This document shows positions 25,744 through 35,623 of a stretch of DNA of 52,183 nt, piece by piece. Made by a program: the position numbers and the translations under genes. The notes beneath the pieces were generated by a model, which saw only the letters and a program-made list of their open reading frames with translations, ran no database searches and was not told the DNA's origin. The DNA is from an uncultured Bacilli bacterium (GTDB lineage Bacteria > Bacillota_I > Bacilli_A > RF39 > UBA660), in assembly GCA_944327365.1 (NCBI GenBank), contig CALVHI010000002.1, positions 1-52,183 of the forward strand. The letters run 5' to 3'. The first letter of the stretch is position 1, and every line of letters starts with the position of its first letter.

Positions 25744-28700
25744 ATTTTCCGGGAAATAATCCTCTTTGATCAATTCTAATAAAGGAACAAATGTATATAA
25801 GAAATGTTTATCATTTTGATTTAACGTAAGAGATATTTTAATTCTTTGATTATGATAAGAAAACTTTAAATTTGAGTTAATATTATAGCTTTCTAAAAAT
25901 AATTTATCTGCTTTTATATGGCTTGATAATTCTTCAGGAAGCTCTATTTCTATTGATCTTGAAGTTTGATTTACTTTTGTTATATTTAAAGATCTTGCTA
26001 ATTTTTCAAACCATTCTTCAAACATATAAATCATTATTGTTTCATCAATTTTACCAAAACGATCCTCTAATTCCTCTTTTATTCTATTTAAACTTTCCTT
26101 TGAATCTACTTTATTAATCATTTGATGAATTTCTATTTTTATTTCATCATCTGTTGTATATTTATCTGATATATGAGTACTTACATCTACTAATGCTTGA
26201 TTGTCTTCTTCAGTTTTAACTTGTTCTCCTTTTAATCTTTTTATTTCGTCTTCAATCATTTGTAAATATAAATTAATTCCGACAGAATCTACAAAACCAG
26301 CTTGTTCACTTCCAAAAATATCGCCAGCACCGCGAATAGCTAAGTCTCGCATGGCAATACGGTATCCACTACCAAGCTCTGTAAATTCTTTTATGGCATC
26401 TAAGCGTTTTATTGCTATTTCATTTAATAATTTACTTTTATCATATAAAAGATACGCATAAGCTATTGTATTGGAACGGCCTACTCTTCCTCTTATTTGA
26501 TATAGCTGAGATAAGCCAAATCTATCAGCATTATATATGATTAGTGTGTTAGTATTGGGAATATCAATGCCTGTTTCTATGATTGTTGTACATATTAGAA
26601 TATCATATTTGAAATCAATAAAATCTTGCATAACATTCTCTAATTCAATTTTATTCATTCTTCCGTGAGCACTTATAACTCTTGCTTCGGGTACTAATTG
26701 CTTAATATGGCCCAATATTCTATCTAGTTTTTCTATGTTATTATATAATATAAATATTTGACCTTTTCTTGCTAATTCTTTATAAATTGCATCTTTAATA
26801 ATTAAATCATTTTCTTCTAACACATAAGTTTGGATAGGATATCTATTTACAGGTGGAGTATCAATTATAGATAGATCTCTTAAACCTGACATAGCCATTT
26901 TCATTGTTCTTGGGATTGGGGTTGCTGATAAAGTTAATACATTGACATCGTTTTTTAATTTTTTAATTTTTTCTTTATGGGTAACACCAAAACGTTGTTC
27001 TTCATCAATAACAAGTAAGCCTAGTTTTTTTACTTTAATGTCATTACTTAAGAGTCTGTGCGTTCCAAATACAATATCAATTGTTCCATTTGATAAACCC
27101 TCTATAATTCTCTTTGTTTCTTTTTGAGAAGTAAAACGATTTAAAAGTGCAATTTCAATGGGATATTCTTTAAATCTTTGTAGTGCGCTTTGATATTGTT
27201 GCTTAGAAAGTATTGTTGTTGGGCATAAATATAGTACTTGATAATTATTTAAAACGGTTTTAAACATTGCTCGGAAGGATACTTCAGTTTTGCCAAAGCC
27301 AACATCTCCACATAAGAGACGATCCATAGGAACTGGATTTTTTAAATCTTCATCAATCTCTTTAATTGCTTTTTCTTGGTCTTTTGTAGGAATATACTCA
27401 AATGAATTTGCAAATTCTGTTTCTAAATCAAATGTTTTATACGCTTCTCCTTTTATTGCTTTTCTTTGTGCATATAGTTTTAATAGTTCTTGACTAATGT
27501 CTTTAATTTTCTTTACGACAGCTCTTTTGGTTTTTGCCCAACTAATTGAGTTTAATTTATGTATTTTGGGTTTAAACCCATCTTTACTATTATATTTTAA
27601 GATCGTATTCATTTTTTCAACTGGTATATATACTTTGTCATTTTCTGCATATAATATTTCAATATAGTCTTTTTCAAACCCTTTTTTTGTTAGTGCTTTA
27701 ATACCATTATATATTCCTATTCCATGAGCTATATGTACAACATAATCTCCTTTATTTAGAGAATTTAAGTCTTTGATTTTACTACCAATTTTATATGTAT
27801 TTCGATATTTTATTTGTTCTTTATTTACCTGTTCTATATCATTTTCACTAATAACTACTATTTTATCGAGAATAAAGCCTTTTGATATATATTTGTTTTC
27901 AATTGTTATTGGCACTTTAATTAACTCTTTGATTAATTTAATTTGAGAATCTTTACTTAAGTAAAAAATGATTTTATAGCCTCGATGATACCATATTTCT
28001 GTTTGCTCTTTTAGTTTGTCAAAATTAGAATGAAAATTAGTTATTTCTTTTGAAGATATGTTTAGACTGTTTAAACCTTTTTTATAATTATCAATAAAAT
28101 TTATAAATATATTTTCTTTGGGATTTATTTCATCTAAAGAATACATAAATTTTGTGTCTTTAGGAATATTTTTAGAATTACGATATTCTAATATTTCTTC
28201 TTCTAATTTTTCATAACTAGCTTTTATTCTAGTTTCATCAATTGTTACAACAATTGCATCTTTGGCATAATCTAGAAGACTTGAGTGCTTGTCTGTTTTT
28301 ATTTCTCCGTTTGTTACTAATTTTATTTGATTTATTTCTTTAATTGACATTTGGGTGTTTTCATCAAAAGTTCGAATTGATTCTATTTTATTACCAAAAA
28401 ATTCTAATCTAATTGGGTGTTCTTCTAATGTGACAAAAATATCTACAATAAAGCCTCTTATTGCATATTCACCTGTTGTGGTTACGGTTGTCACTTGTTT
28501 GTATTCTAATTTATCTAGTATTTTTATTAGCTTTTCTCGATTTATTATATCCCCTTTTTTTAATATAATAGTCATTTGTTCTTGGAGGTGCTGATCCGTT
28601 AAGTATTTTAAATAGCCCATTAAATTAGTAACTATTATTCCTTTTTTGTTTTTTATTGCTTCTAGTGTGTCTATCCTTGTTGTTTTTAGCTCTGGAGAAA

Positions 28701-28953
28701 TGGCTAAAGCTATACTTGTTATAAAATCATCCATGGGAAATAAGTAGGTATTTGGTTCATATGTTTTTATTCCTGAGAAAAAAGTATTAGCTTCAAATAA
28801 TGTGCTTAATAAAACAATGATATTTTTATTTTTTTCTTGATATAATTTTTTCACGTAAAGATAAGCTAACTCATGCGTTAACCCTGTTATTGTTAAATGA
28901 TTATCATATTTAAAATAATTGTCTAAAAAATTCATTTTACTTTCTCTTTCCAT
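25723..28953 (-). CDS. mfd: Transcription-repair coupling factor
   Basis: 1076 aa. CarD-like KGDYVVHIAHGIG, helicase motifs DVGFGKTEV and DEEQRFGV, and a TRG-type region. The start may be the second Met (28935). Confidence 0.95.
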   Translation of the reverse strand: MERESKMNFLDNYFKYDNHLTITGLTHELAYLYVKKLYQEKNKNIIVLLSTLFEANTFFSGIKTYEPNTYLFPMDDFITSIALAISPELKTTRIDTLEAIKNKKGIIVTNLMGYLKYLTDQHLQEQMTIILKKGDIINREKLIKILDKLEYKQVTTVTTTGEYAIRGFIVDIFVTLEEHPIRLEFFGNKIESIRTFDENTQMSIKEINQIKLVTNGEIKTDKHSSLLDYAKDAIVVTIDETRIKASYEKLEEEILEYRNSKNIPKDTKFMYSLDEINPKENIFINFIDNYKKGLNSLNISSKEITNFHSNFDKLKEQTEIWYHRGYKIIFYLSKDSQIKLIKELIKVPITIENKYISKGFILDKIVVISENDIEQVNKEQIKYRNTYKIGSKIKDLNSLNKGDYVVHIAHGIGIYNGIKALTKKGFEKDYIEILYAENDKVYIPVEKMNTILKYNSKDGFKPKIHKLNSISWAKTKRAVVKKIKDISQELLKLYAQRKAIKGEAYKTFDLETEFANSFEYIPTKDQEKAIKEIDEDLKNPVPMDRLLCGDVGFGKTEVSFRAMFKTVLNNYQVLYLCPTTILSKQQYQSALQRFKEYPIEIALLNRFTSQKETKRIIEGLSNGTIDIVFGTHRLLSNDIKVKKLGLLVIDEEQRFGVTHKEKIKKLKNDVNVLTLSATPIPRTMKMAMSGLRDLSIIDTPPVNRYPIQTYVLEENDLIIKDAIYKELARKGQIFILYNNIEKLDRILGHIKQLVPEARVISAHGRMNKIELENVMQDFIDFKYDILICTTIIETGIDIPNTNTLIIYNADRFGLSQLYQIRGRVGRSNTIAYAYLLYDKSKLLNEIAIKRLDAIKEFTELGSGYRIAMRDLAIRGAGDIFGSEQAGFVDSVGINLYLQMIEDEIKRLKGEQVKTEEDNQALVDVSTHISDKYTTDDEIKIEIHQMINKVDSKESLNRIKEELEDRFGKIDETIMIYMFEEWFEKLARSLNITKVNQTSRSIEIELPEELSSHIKADKLFLESYNINSNLKFSYHNQRIKISLTLNQNDKHFLYTFVPLLELIKEDYFPENKKEVSN
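25744..25757. promoter_or_regulatory. Noc-binding-site-like palindrome with one mismatch (ATTTTCCGGGAAAT), inside the mfd 3' end
   Basis: Differs from ATTTCCCGGGAAAT by a single C>T change. Confidence 0.5.
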
Positions 28954-29494
28954 TATATTTATTCATTGTTTTTTCAATGCCATTTAGAATAAAAGAAGTT
29001 ATTATTTCATCAAACAGTGGAAATAGCTTATCTAGCGTGTCCATTTCTTCTTGACTAAATTTTCCTAAAACATATTCTTTCGTATTTCCTTTAATATCTT
29101 TTGAAATTCCTATTTTTAAACGAGTAAAATTTTTTGTTCCTAATTTATCAATAATTGATTTTATCCCGTTATGACCGCCATCGCTACTATTGTTTTTTAA
29201 GCGATAGGTTCCTATCTTTAAATCTAAATCATCTTGAATAATTAAGATATCACTTAAGTTTAATTTATAAAAATTAACATATTCTGCTACAGCATTTCCA
29301 GATAAATTCATGTATGTTAATGGCTTTATGAATATTACTTTTTCGTTGTTTATTGTTTTTTCATAATATAATGAATTCCATTTAGTTTTCCAGTCATTAT
29401 CATTTATATAATGATCTATAACCATAAAACCTATGTTATGACGGGTTATTTTATAAATTTCCCCTGGATTTCCTAAGCCAACAATTAATTTCAT
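28937..29494 (-). CDS. pth: Peptidyl-tRNA hydrolase
   Basis: MKLIVGLGNPG...TRHNIGF...GGHNGI. Confidence 0.9.
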   Translation of the reverse strand: MKLIVGLGNPGEIYKITRHNIGFMVIDHYINDNDWKTKWNSLYYEKTINNEKVIFIKPLTYMNLSGNAVAEYVNFYKLNLSDILIIQDDLDLKIGTYRLKNNSSDGGHNGIKSIIDKLGTKNFTRLKIGISKDIKGNTKEYVLGKFSQEEMDTLDKLFPLFDEIITSFILNGIEKTMNKYNGKRK

Positions 29495-30210
29495 GCTCTT
29501 TCCTCCTTAAAAATGTTTTGATAAGTTTTAGTGTCTTTATTAATTATTAGTGTTTTTACCTTAAGACCTATGTTAGCGCTTTTTTTCATTTTTAGTAAGA
29601 CAATTACTGCGTCTTTTTTCATATTTGTATAAATAAAAAGCATTTCTTTCATATGAAATTTATATTTATGTGCCAAAACTATGATCTCTTCTAAACGTTC
29701 TGGACGATGGACTAAATAAAAAGTGCCATTTTCTTTAATTAGATCTTTGGCTATATTGAATATTTCTTCTAAAGTGATGGTAAGTTCATGTCTTGCAATT
29801 GCTTTTTGCTTATCTTCATTAATTTTTGAGGTGTTATTTACTTTAAAAAAGGGAGGATTGCAAGTGATGATGTCAAAATTATTTCCCGGGAAATAATTTT
29901 TTAAGTTTTTGATATTGTCATTAATTATGTTAATATTGTTTAATTTGTTTATTTTAACGCTTTTTGTAGCTAAAAAAGAAATTTTTGAATTTATTTCGAC
30001 TCCTGTTATAGCAATTTTATGATTTTTGCCAATAATTAAGGGTAAAGGAGCATTTCCACAACATAAATCCAATAAATTTTTATCGCTTTTTTTTATAGTC
30101 ACAAATTCTGCTAGTAAAAGAGAATCTAGGGAAAACTTAAATAGATTTGATTCTTGAATTATTTTTAAATCATAATCAAATAAATCATTTATTACTTCCA
30201 TTTTGATCAC
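29491..30210 (-). CDS. tRNA (adenine-N6)-methyltransferase-like SAM enzyme (YabB/TrmN6 type)
   Basis: LLDLCCGNA SAM motif and the catalytic NPPF. Position matches B. subtilis yabB. ATGA overlap with pth. Confidence 0.8.
   Translation of the reverse strand: MIKMEVINDLFDYDLKIIQESNLFKFSLDSLLLAEFVTIKKSDKNLLDLCCGNAPLPLIIGKNHKIAITGVEINSKISFLATKSVKINKLNNINIINDNIKNLKNYFPGNNFDIITCNPPFFKVNNTSKINEDKQKAIARHELTITLEEIFNIAKDLIKENGTFYLVHRPERLEEIIVLAHKYKFHMKEMLFIYTNMKKDAVIVLLKMKKSANIGLKVKTLIINKDTKTYQNIFKEERA
29875..29900. promoter_or_regulatory. Noc-binding site (NBS), perfect 26-nt palindrome around TATTTCCCGGGAAATA, inside the methyltransferase gene
   Basis: AAAATTATTTCCCGGGAAATAATTTT. The 14-mer core 29881-29894 equals the B. 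subtilis NBS consensus. Confidence 0.75.
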
Positions 30211-30985
30211 CTAAAACAATTTCTACCTTTTCATTATTTACTAACACTTTATAAGAACGATGCAAAATATCTACGTTTACTACCGATCCTTCGCCTAATT
30301 CTGTTTTTACGGTTTCACCGATAGATGGGAGATTTTCACTACAACGTAAATATTCTTCATCTTCATAGGTTAGACAGCATAATAATCTTCCACATAGGCC
30401 ATTTATTTTAGAAGGATTTAAGGCTAAACCTTGATTTTTAGCCATATTCATTGATACAGAATCAATATGATTCAAAAAGTTTGCACAACATATTTTATTT
30501 CCGCATATTCCTACACCACCTACTTCTCTAGCTTTATCTCTTGCTCCAATTTGACGTAGTTCAATTCGAGTATGATAAATTGCAGCTAAACGACGGGCAA
30601 GTTCTCTAAAATCTACTCTTTCATCTGCTATAAAATTAAAGATTAATTGCTTTCGGTCAAAAGTATAGCTAGCGTTAATCATTTTCATTTCTAAATTCAA
30701 TTCTTTAACGAGTATTCGACATTGTTTTAAGGCTAGATCTGCATCTTTTAAATTTTTTAAGTACTCTTCATAGTCTCTTTTGGTTGCAATTCTAATAATA
30801 TCTTTTAAGCCATCAATGTTTTTATTCAATTCATTTCCTAAATAACTCACAACTTTACCAAATTGGAGTCCTTTTTCGGTTTCGGTTATTACCGTTACAT
30901 TAATAGGACAGCGAATTTTACTTTTAAAGTTATATATTTTGCCATTATCTTTAAAATTTACGCCATAAACATAATATCGATCCAT
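30185..30985 (-). CDS. ricT: PSP1-domain protein RicT/YaaT
   Basis: PSP1 C-terminal domain with a cysteine cluster (GICGNKICCANF...GLCGRLLCCLTYE). It lies downstream of holB, as in Bacillus. Confidence 0.8.
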   Translation of the reverse strand: MDRYYVYGVNFKDNGKIYNFKSKIRCPINVTVITETEKGLQFGKVVSYLGNELNKNIDGLKDIIRIATKRDYEEYLKNLKDADLALKQCRILVKELNLEMKMINASYTFDRKQLIFNFIADERVDFRELARRLAAIYHTRIELRQIGARDKAREVGGVGICGNKICCANFLNHIDSVSMNMAKNQGLALNPSKINGLCGRLLCCLTYEDEEYLRCSENLPSIGETVKTELGEGSVVNVDILHRSYKVLVNNEKVEIVLGDQNGSNK

Positions 30986-30986
30986 A

Positions 30987-31841
30987 TTAATCCCTCATTT
31001 CAATTACAAATTTATCTAATAATAATTCCATATTTACATTATAACTCAAATCTTGTAAAAATTTAGTAATAATATTTAATTTAGGAATAATTTGTTGAAT
31101 ACTCTCATTTATATTAATAGATGAAAGTAGTTTTTCATTATATTTTTTATTTAATTTTTTTAAAAAAGCATTATAATACACCTCAAAAATTAACTTAAAT
31201 AAAATTTCTAGATTTTTTCTCTCAGGATATTTTGTTAAAATTAATTCTTTATTATTTATTAATTCTTGGTTGGCTATTTTGTTTAAATAATCATTAATTA
31301 TTATTATGTTGTTTTTTAGCTCTTCTTCGGTTAGATTATATTTTTGGCAAAGATCTTCACTTTCATAATTTACAACAATACATTGACAACGACTTTTTAT
31401 TGTAGGAATAATAATGTCTTTATTGTTTGTTAGAAAGAAACCTATTATTCCATCGGTTGGTTCTTCAATAAATTTTAACATAGCATTGGCGCTACTGCTG
31501 TTTAATTTTTCAGCATTGTTTATTATATAAATGTTATATTTGCTATATATTGGTTTGGTTTCAAATGCTTTTTTTAGTTCTTCTATTTGATTTTTTTTTA
31601 TCATTGCACCATCAGGGTTGATTGTAATTAGACTTGGTAAATTATTTTTATCAATTAAATTACATAAATTACAATTTTGACATGATTCATGATATTCTTC
31701 GGGACAATTGATAACTTTTATTAGCAGTTTTAAATCTTCTGTTAATTGGGTTAAATTATTTGTTTCAACTAAATAAGCGTGAGCTAGTTTTTTCTCACGA
31801 TATTTATTATATATATCTATTAAATTATTTTTTGCAAACAA
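30987..31841 (-). CDS. holB: DNA polymerase III delta' subunit
   Basis: LAHAYL, a Zn-module-like CQNCNLC, and IINNAEKLNSSSANAMLKFIEEP. Confidence 0.8.
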   Translation of the reverse strand: MFAKNNLIDIYNKYREKKLAHAYLVETNNLTQLTEDLKLLIKVINCPEEYHESCQNCNLCNLIDKNNLPSLITINPDGAMIKKNQIEELKKAFETKPIYSKYNIYIINNAEKLNSSSANAMLKFIEEPTDGIIGFFLTNNKDIIIPTIKSRCQCIVVNYESEDLCQKYNLTEEELKNNIIIINDYLNKIANQELINNKELILTKYPERKNLEILFKLIFEVYYNAFLKKLNKKYNEKLLSSININESIQQIIPKLNIITKFLQDLSYNVNMELLLDKFVIEMRD

Positions 31842-31853
31842 ATTACCACATCC

Positions 31854-32048
31854 TTATATTACTAAATATACTGCGACTAATCCTAATATTCCCGGAGATC
31901 CTAGGCATGTTACTAGCACAATTGTTATTATATTTATGGGAATAAAAATATTTACTCCTGATAGAATAAGATTAAGACCATAAATACTTACAAAAGCAAA
32001 ACACAATTTACTAATTACTTTTAATATTCGTTTTTTCATTGTTATCAC
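31854..32048 (-). CDS. bofA: Pro-sigma-K processing inhibitor BofA-like small membrane protein
   Basis: Two TM helices. IPINIITIVLVTCLGSPGILGLVAV resembles BofA VPINLVTTAISGILGIPGIAALV. Synteny follows recR. Confidence 0.6.
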   Translation of the reverse strand: MITMKKRILKVISKLCFAFVSIYGLNLILSGVNIFIPINIITIVLVTCLGSPGILGLVAVYLVI

Positions 32049-32075
32049 AGTAAATTATATGTATTTGCCTTTAGA

Positions 32076-32678
32076 TTATTCCGATATTTTTTTACGATCT
32101 TCTAAAGCTTTTTCTAACGTTACATTATCTAAATAATCGATCTCAGCTCCAATTGGAATACCATATGATAACCTTGAAATTGTTACTTTTTTATTTTCTA
32201 ATATTTTTTTTATATATAAAATTGTAGATTCGCCTTCTACGGTTGGTTTCAAAGCTAAAATTAATTCTGGATTATCTAATTTTTCTACTCTATTTACTAG
32301 TGACGATAAATTAATGTCTTCTGGGCCAATATCATCCATGGGAGAAATTAAGCCATTTAACACATGATAAGTGCCTTTGTAAGTTCCCGTTTTTTCAAAA
32401 GAGAATATGCTTTTATAATCTTCAATTACGCATATTGTGTTTTTTTTGCGAGATTCATCACTGCATATATTACAAATTTCATGGTCGGTTAGATGACCAC
32501 ATATCGAACATCTTGTTAAATTTTTTTTGGCTGATATTATGGCATTACTAAATTCCTCGGATTCTTCTTCATTAAATTCTAAAGTAGCAATGGCAAGACG
32601 TTCTGCGCTTTTTTCTCCTATTCCCGGTAATTTTTGAAAATAATTGATTAATTTTTCTAAGTCTTTAGGATAATTCAT
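32076..32678 (-). CDS. recR: Recombination protein RecR
   Basis: HhH LPGIGEKSAERLA, zinf finger CSICGHLTDHEICNIC, and a Toprim domain. Confidence 0.95.
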   Translation of the reverse strand: MNYPKDLEKLINYFQKLPGIGEKSAERLAIATLEFNEEESEEFSNAIISAKKNLTRCSICGHLTDHEICNICSDESRKKNTICVIEDYKSIFSFEKTGTYKGTYHVLNGLISPMDDIGPEDINLSSLVNRVEKLDNPELILALKPTVEGESTILYIKKILENKKVTISRLSYGIPIGAEIDYLDNVTLEKALEDRKKISE

Positions 32679-32980
32679 TAGAATAAACCATTTATTGATG
32701 AGCCATAAGCTCCCATTTTATTTTCTACTTCTTGCTCAATTTTCTTTACAGCATCATTCACTGCTATTTTTACCATATCTTCAAGGATTTCTTTATCATC
32801 ATTTTCAATTGTACCTTCAAAAGTTAATGTTACTTTTACGACTTCTTTTTTTCCATTCATTTCTACTTTTAACCATTCAGAATTTCCTTCAAAAATAGAA
32901 TTGTCTATTTCCTCTTTCTTTTTTGTGATTTCTTTTTGCATTTTTTGGGCTTGAGCCATTAAATTTTGTATATTCATCAT
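32678..32980 (-). CDS. ebfC: Nucleoid-associated protein YbaB/EbfC
   Basis: NIQNLMAQAQKMQKE... Length is 100 aa, and it sits between dnaX and recR. Confidence 0.9.
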   Translation of the reverse strand: MMNIQNLMAQAQKMQKEITKKKEEIDNSIFEGNSEWLKVEMNGKKEVVKVTLTFEGTIENDDKEILEDMVKIAVNDAVKKIEQEVENKMGAYGSSINGLF

Positions 32981-32988
32981 TTTCCTCC

Positions 32989-34623
32989 CTATTCTATTTC
33001 AATTTTTTCTTTGTCAAATATATCATAAGCGATTTTTTCAATATTATCAATATCCTCTTTTAAATTTTCTTCATTTTTTTCTAATTCGGGTTCTTTTATA
33101 TAATGATACTCTTTTTTATTTTTTAAATTTTCTATATATTCTTCTTTTTCTTTTTTCCACATACTTTCTGTTAAAGCAATAAATTTATAGTTAGTATTAT
33201 ATTTTTCGTTAAATAAACTTTCAATAGTATGTAAATTATTATTAATTAAGTTTGAAGTGCCATCAATTATATTTGTTAAAATTGCTACATCTTTACTTGA
33301 AGCAACAATATTACAATCAACTATTAAGTTTAAGATATTTTTATTGGTTAAATTATTTATAAATGTTTTCCATTTTTCTTTCATTTCTTGCAAATATTCT
33401 TTTTTGGCATTGACAAAACAATTATTAACTCGAATTTTTATTAATTTTTTATCATCTTGTAGTGTAGAAATTATTTCCCGGGAAATAATTTTGGAATTGT
33501 CTTCCTCATTATTTATTACCACCTGGTCTGGTGTTTCTTTAATTTCATTTATATTTAATTTTATTTCCCGGGAAATAAATGAAGATGATGGCTGAATTGC
33601 AGTTTGTTCTTCAAAATACTTTAGTAAAGTAATTTCAATTAATAAATATGGATCTATACTAATATTAATATAATTTGAGATATCAGCTAACTCAAAAGCC
33701 ATTTCTTTTAATAATTGATAGGGTATTTGAGCATTGCCCTTTTTACTTGCAATTGCTTCTTCTTCGATCTTTTCTAACAATTTTCTTATAAGAACTTTAT
33801 AGTCTATTGCCGTTTCTTTAAAATTTTTCATCATTTCATCAAACTTATCCACATTACTTTTTAATATTAGATCAAATAAATCATTTATTTGTTTTTTGGA
33901 TACTGATCCAAAATGTTTTATAACATCCGTAATGGTTATTTTGTCAGTTTGGCTTGATAATTGATCTAATATACTGAGTGCATCTCGCATTCCACCATCT
34001 GAAATATAGGCAATTTCCTCCAAAGCATCCTCTTCAATAGCTATATTTTCATTTGAAACTACATATTTTAATCTTTTCATAATATCATTAATAGATATTT
34101 TATGAAAATCAAATCGTTGACAACGGGATAATATTGTTATCGGCACAGCTTCTATATTAGTTGTTGCTAATATAAATACTACGTGCTTTGGCGGTTCTTC
34201 TAAAGTTAATAAAAGAGCATTGAATGCACTCGTACTTAACATATGTACTTCATCAATAATATACACTTTGTACTTTGAATAGGCAGGTGCAAGTTTAATA
34301 TTGTTTATTATTTCTCTTATTTCATCCACACCATTATTAGATGCTGCATCAATTTCAATAATGTCGGCATTTTCTTTAAAATGAAGACAACTTTCACATT
34401 GATTGCAAGGTCCATCCTCAGTTGGATTTAAACAATTTATAGCTTTAGCAAAAACTTTAGCAGTACTTGTTTTACCTGTACCTCTTGGACCTGAAAAAAT
34501 ATAAGCATGTGATATCTTATCGTTTTTTATGGCATTTTTTAAGATTGTAACCATATAATCTTGACCAATTATATTAGAAAAATTATCTGGTCTATATTTG
34601 CGGTATAGTACTTTGTAATCCAT
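32989..34623 (-). CDS. dnaX: DNA polymerase III subunits gamma/tau
   Basis: HAYIFSGPRGTGKTS, Zn module CNQCESC, IIDEVHMLS, and SRCQRF. Confidence 0.95.
   Translation of the reverse strand: MDYKVLYRKYRPDNFSNIIGQDYMVTILKNAIKNDKISHAYIFSGPRGTGKTSTAKVFAKAINCLNPTEDGPCNQCESCLHFKENADIIEIDAASNNGVDEIREIINNIKLAPAYSKYKVYIIDEVHMLSTSAFNALLLTLEEPPKHVVFILATTNIEAVPITILSRCQRFDFHKISINDIMKRLKYVVSNENIAIEEDALEEIAYISDGGMRDALSILDQLSSQTDKITITDVIKHFGSVSKKQINDLFDLILKSNVDKFDEMMKNFKETAIDYKVLIRKLLEKIEEEAIASKKGNAQIPYQLLKEMAFELADISNYINISIDPYLLIEITLLKYFEEQTAIQPSSSFISREIKLNINEIKETPDQVVINNEEDNSKIISREIISTLQDDKKLIKIRVNNCFVNAKKEYLQEMKEKWKTFINNLTNKNILNLIVDCNIVASSKDVAILTNIIDGTSNLINNNLHTIESLFNEKYNTNYKFIALTESMWKKEKEEYIENLKNKKEYHYIKEPELEKNEENLKEDIDNIEKIAYDIFDKEKIEIE
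33468..33491. promoter_or_regulatory. Noc-binding site, perfect 24-nt palindrome inside dnaX
   Basis: AAATTATTTCCCGGGAAATAATTT. It is translated as I-I-S-R-E-I-I. Confidence 0.75.
33560..33579. promoter_or_regulatory. Noc-binding site, perfect 20-nt palindrome inside dnaX
   Basis: TTTATTTCCCGGGAAATAAA. It is translated as F-I-S-R-E-I-K. Its centre is exactly 90 bp from the other dnaX site. Confidence 0.75.
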
Positions 34624-34661
34624 AAATTCACCCCATAAAATTATTATATCATAAAAGCTAA

Positions 34662-35084
34662 TTACTTGTCTCTTTTCTTTTTAAAAAAATCTCTTAACCT
34701 AGCTTCGTATTCCGTGACATACGTACATATGTTTGCTTTGTAAAATTTTGTTTTATTATATTCTTTTTTTTCTTTAGGTTTTTCTAACAAATAATAGACA
34801 TTTCTTATTCTAGATTGCTTAATTATTGTTTCACACATACTGCATGGCTTTAGAGTAACATATAAATCACAATTATTTAATCGCCAATCTTTTAATTTTT
34901 TACTAGCTTTATTTATAGCTATAATTTCAGCGTGTGCAAGAACATTATTTTTTTTAACTCTACGGTTATAAGCTTTGGAAATTATTTTATTTTCTTTTAC
35001 AACCATTGCACTAATTGGAACTTCATCTTTTTTTGATGCTTTTTTAATTAATTTTATTAATTCTGCAAAATATTTTTCTTCCAT
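34662..35084 (-). CDS. tadA: tRNA adenosine(34) deaminase
   Basis: HAEIIAI...PCSMC. The start is taken at MEEKYF, which has a GGGTGA RBS upstream, rather than the longer track ORF. Confidence 0.9.
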   Translation of the reverse strand: MEEKYFAELIKLIKKASKKDEVPISAMVVKENKIISKAYNRRVKKNNVLAHAEIIAINKASKKLKDWRLNNCDLYVTLKPCSMCETIIKQSRIRNVYYLLEKPKEKKEYNKTKFYKANICTYVTEYEARLRDFFKKKRDK

Positions 35085-35216
35085 TATATCACCCAATAAA
35101 AAATGTGCACACAAATAGAGATTGATGTGGCTGCTATCTTCCGATCCTGACCAGTTTACAATATATTTGTTGCACATATATAATTTATCACATTTTTATT
35201 CAAAATGCAAGTTTAA

Positions 35217-35232
35217 TGTTTCACGTGGAACA
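35217..35232. promoter_or_regulatory. parS site 1
   Basis: TGTTTCACGTGGAACA. Its reverse complement TGTTCCACGTGAAACA matches the Firmicute parS consensus TGTTNCACGTGAAACA. Confidence 0.85.
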
Positions 35233-35286
35233 TATAAAAATTGTTTTTTATTGATTATAATAGAAATGTTAATTAATTTTTATTGT

Positions 35287-35317
<31 letters not shown>

Positions 35318-35396
35318 GTATATATCTTTATTATTTATTGTTTTAAAGTTGGAAAATGCTAAAAATCATTTTTTGTTTTTTTATTTTGAAATTTAA

Positions 35397-35412
35397 TGTT
35401 TCACGTGGAACA
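35397..35412. promoter_or_regulatory. parS site 2, abutting a DnaA box
   Basis: The identical 16-mer TGTTTCACGTGGAACA. A perfect DnaA box starts 2 nt downstream. Confidence 0.85.
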
Positions 35413-35413
35413 T

Positions 35414-35422
35414 TGTGGATAA
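35414..35422 (-). promoter_or_regulatory. Perfect DnaA box (TGTGGATAA on the + strand)
   Basis: Exact reverse complement of TTATCCACA. Confidence 0.7.
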
Positions 35423-35459
35423 CTTTTTTTAATTTTTTATTCAAAGTGTTTAATTATCA

Positions 35460-35475
35460 TGTTTCACGTGGAACA
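35460..35475. promoter_or_regulatory. parS site 3
   Basis: The identical 16-mer TGTTTCACGTGGAACA. Confidence 0.85.
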
Positions 35476-35530
35476 TATAAATTTAATTTTATATTTTCGA
35501 CATATATTTTATTTTTCCGTGTTTTTAAAG

Positions 35531-35539
35531 TTATCCACA
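35531..35539 (+). promoter_or_regulatory. Perfect DnaA box (TTATCCACA)
   Basis: Exact consensus 9-mer. Confidence 0.7.
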
Positions 35540-35580
35540 TTTATTTATCATTCATTAAAATTATATGATTTTTGAATATA

Positions 35581-35603
35581 AAAAAATCATTAAAAATTAA
35601 TGA
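35581..35603 (-). terminator. Weak AT-rich hairpin terminator after gyrA
   Basis: On the minus strand: TCATTAA-ttt-TTAATGA followed by TTTTTT. Confidence 0.45.
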
Positions 35604-35623
35604 CTTTTTTATTTCTTTGGAGA

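Noticed and set aside
34624-34661. Expected SRP (4.5S/scRNA) gene between tadA and dnaX, as in Bacillus
   Set aside because: The spacer is only 38 nt, and no GGAAGCAGC-type SRP domain-IV motif was seen anywhere in the window.
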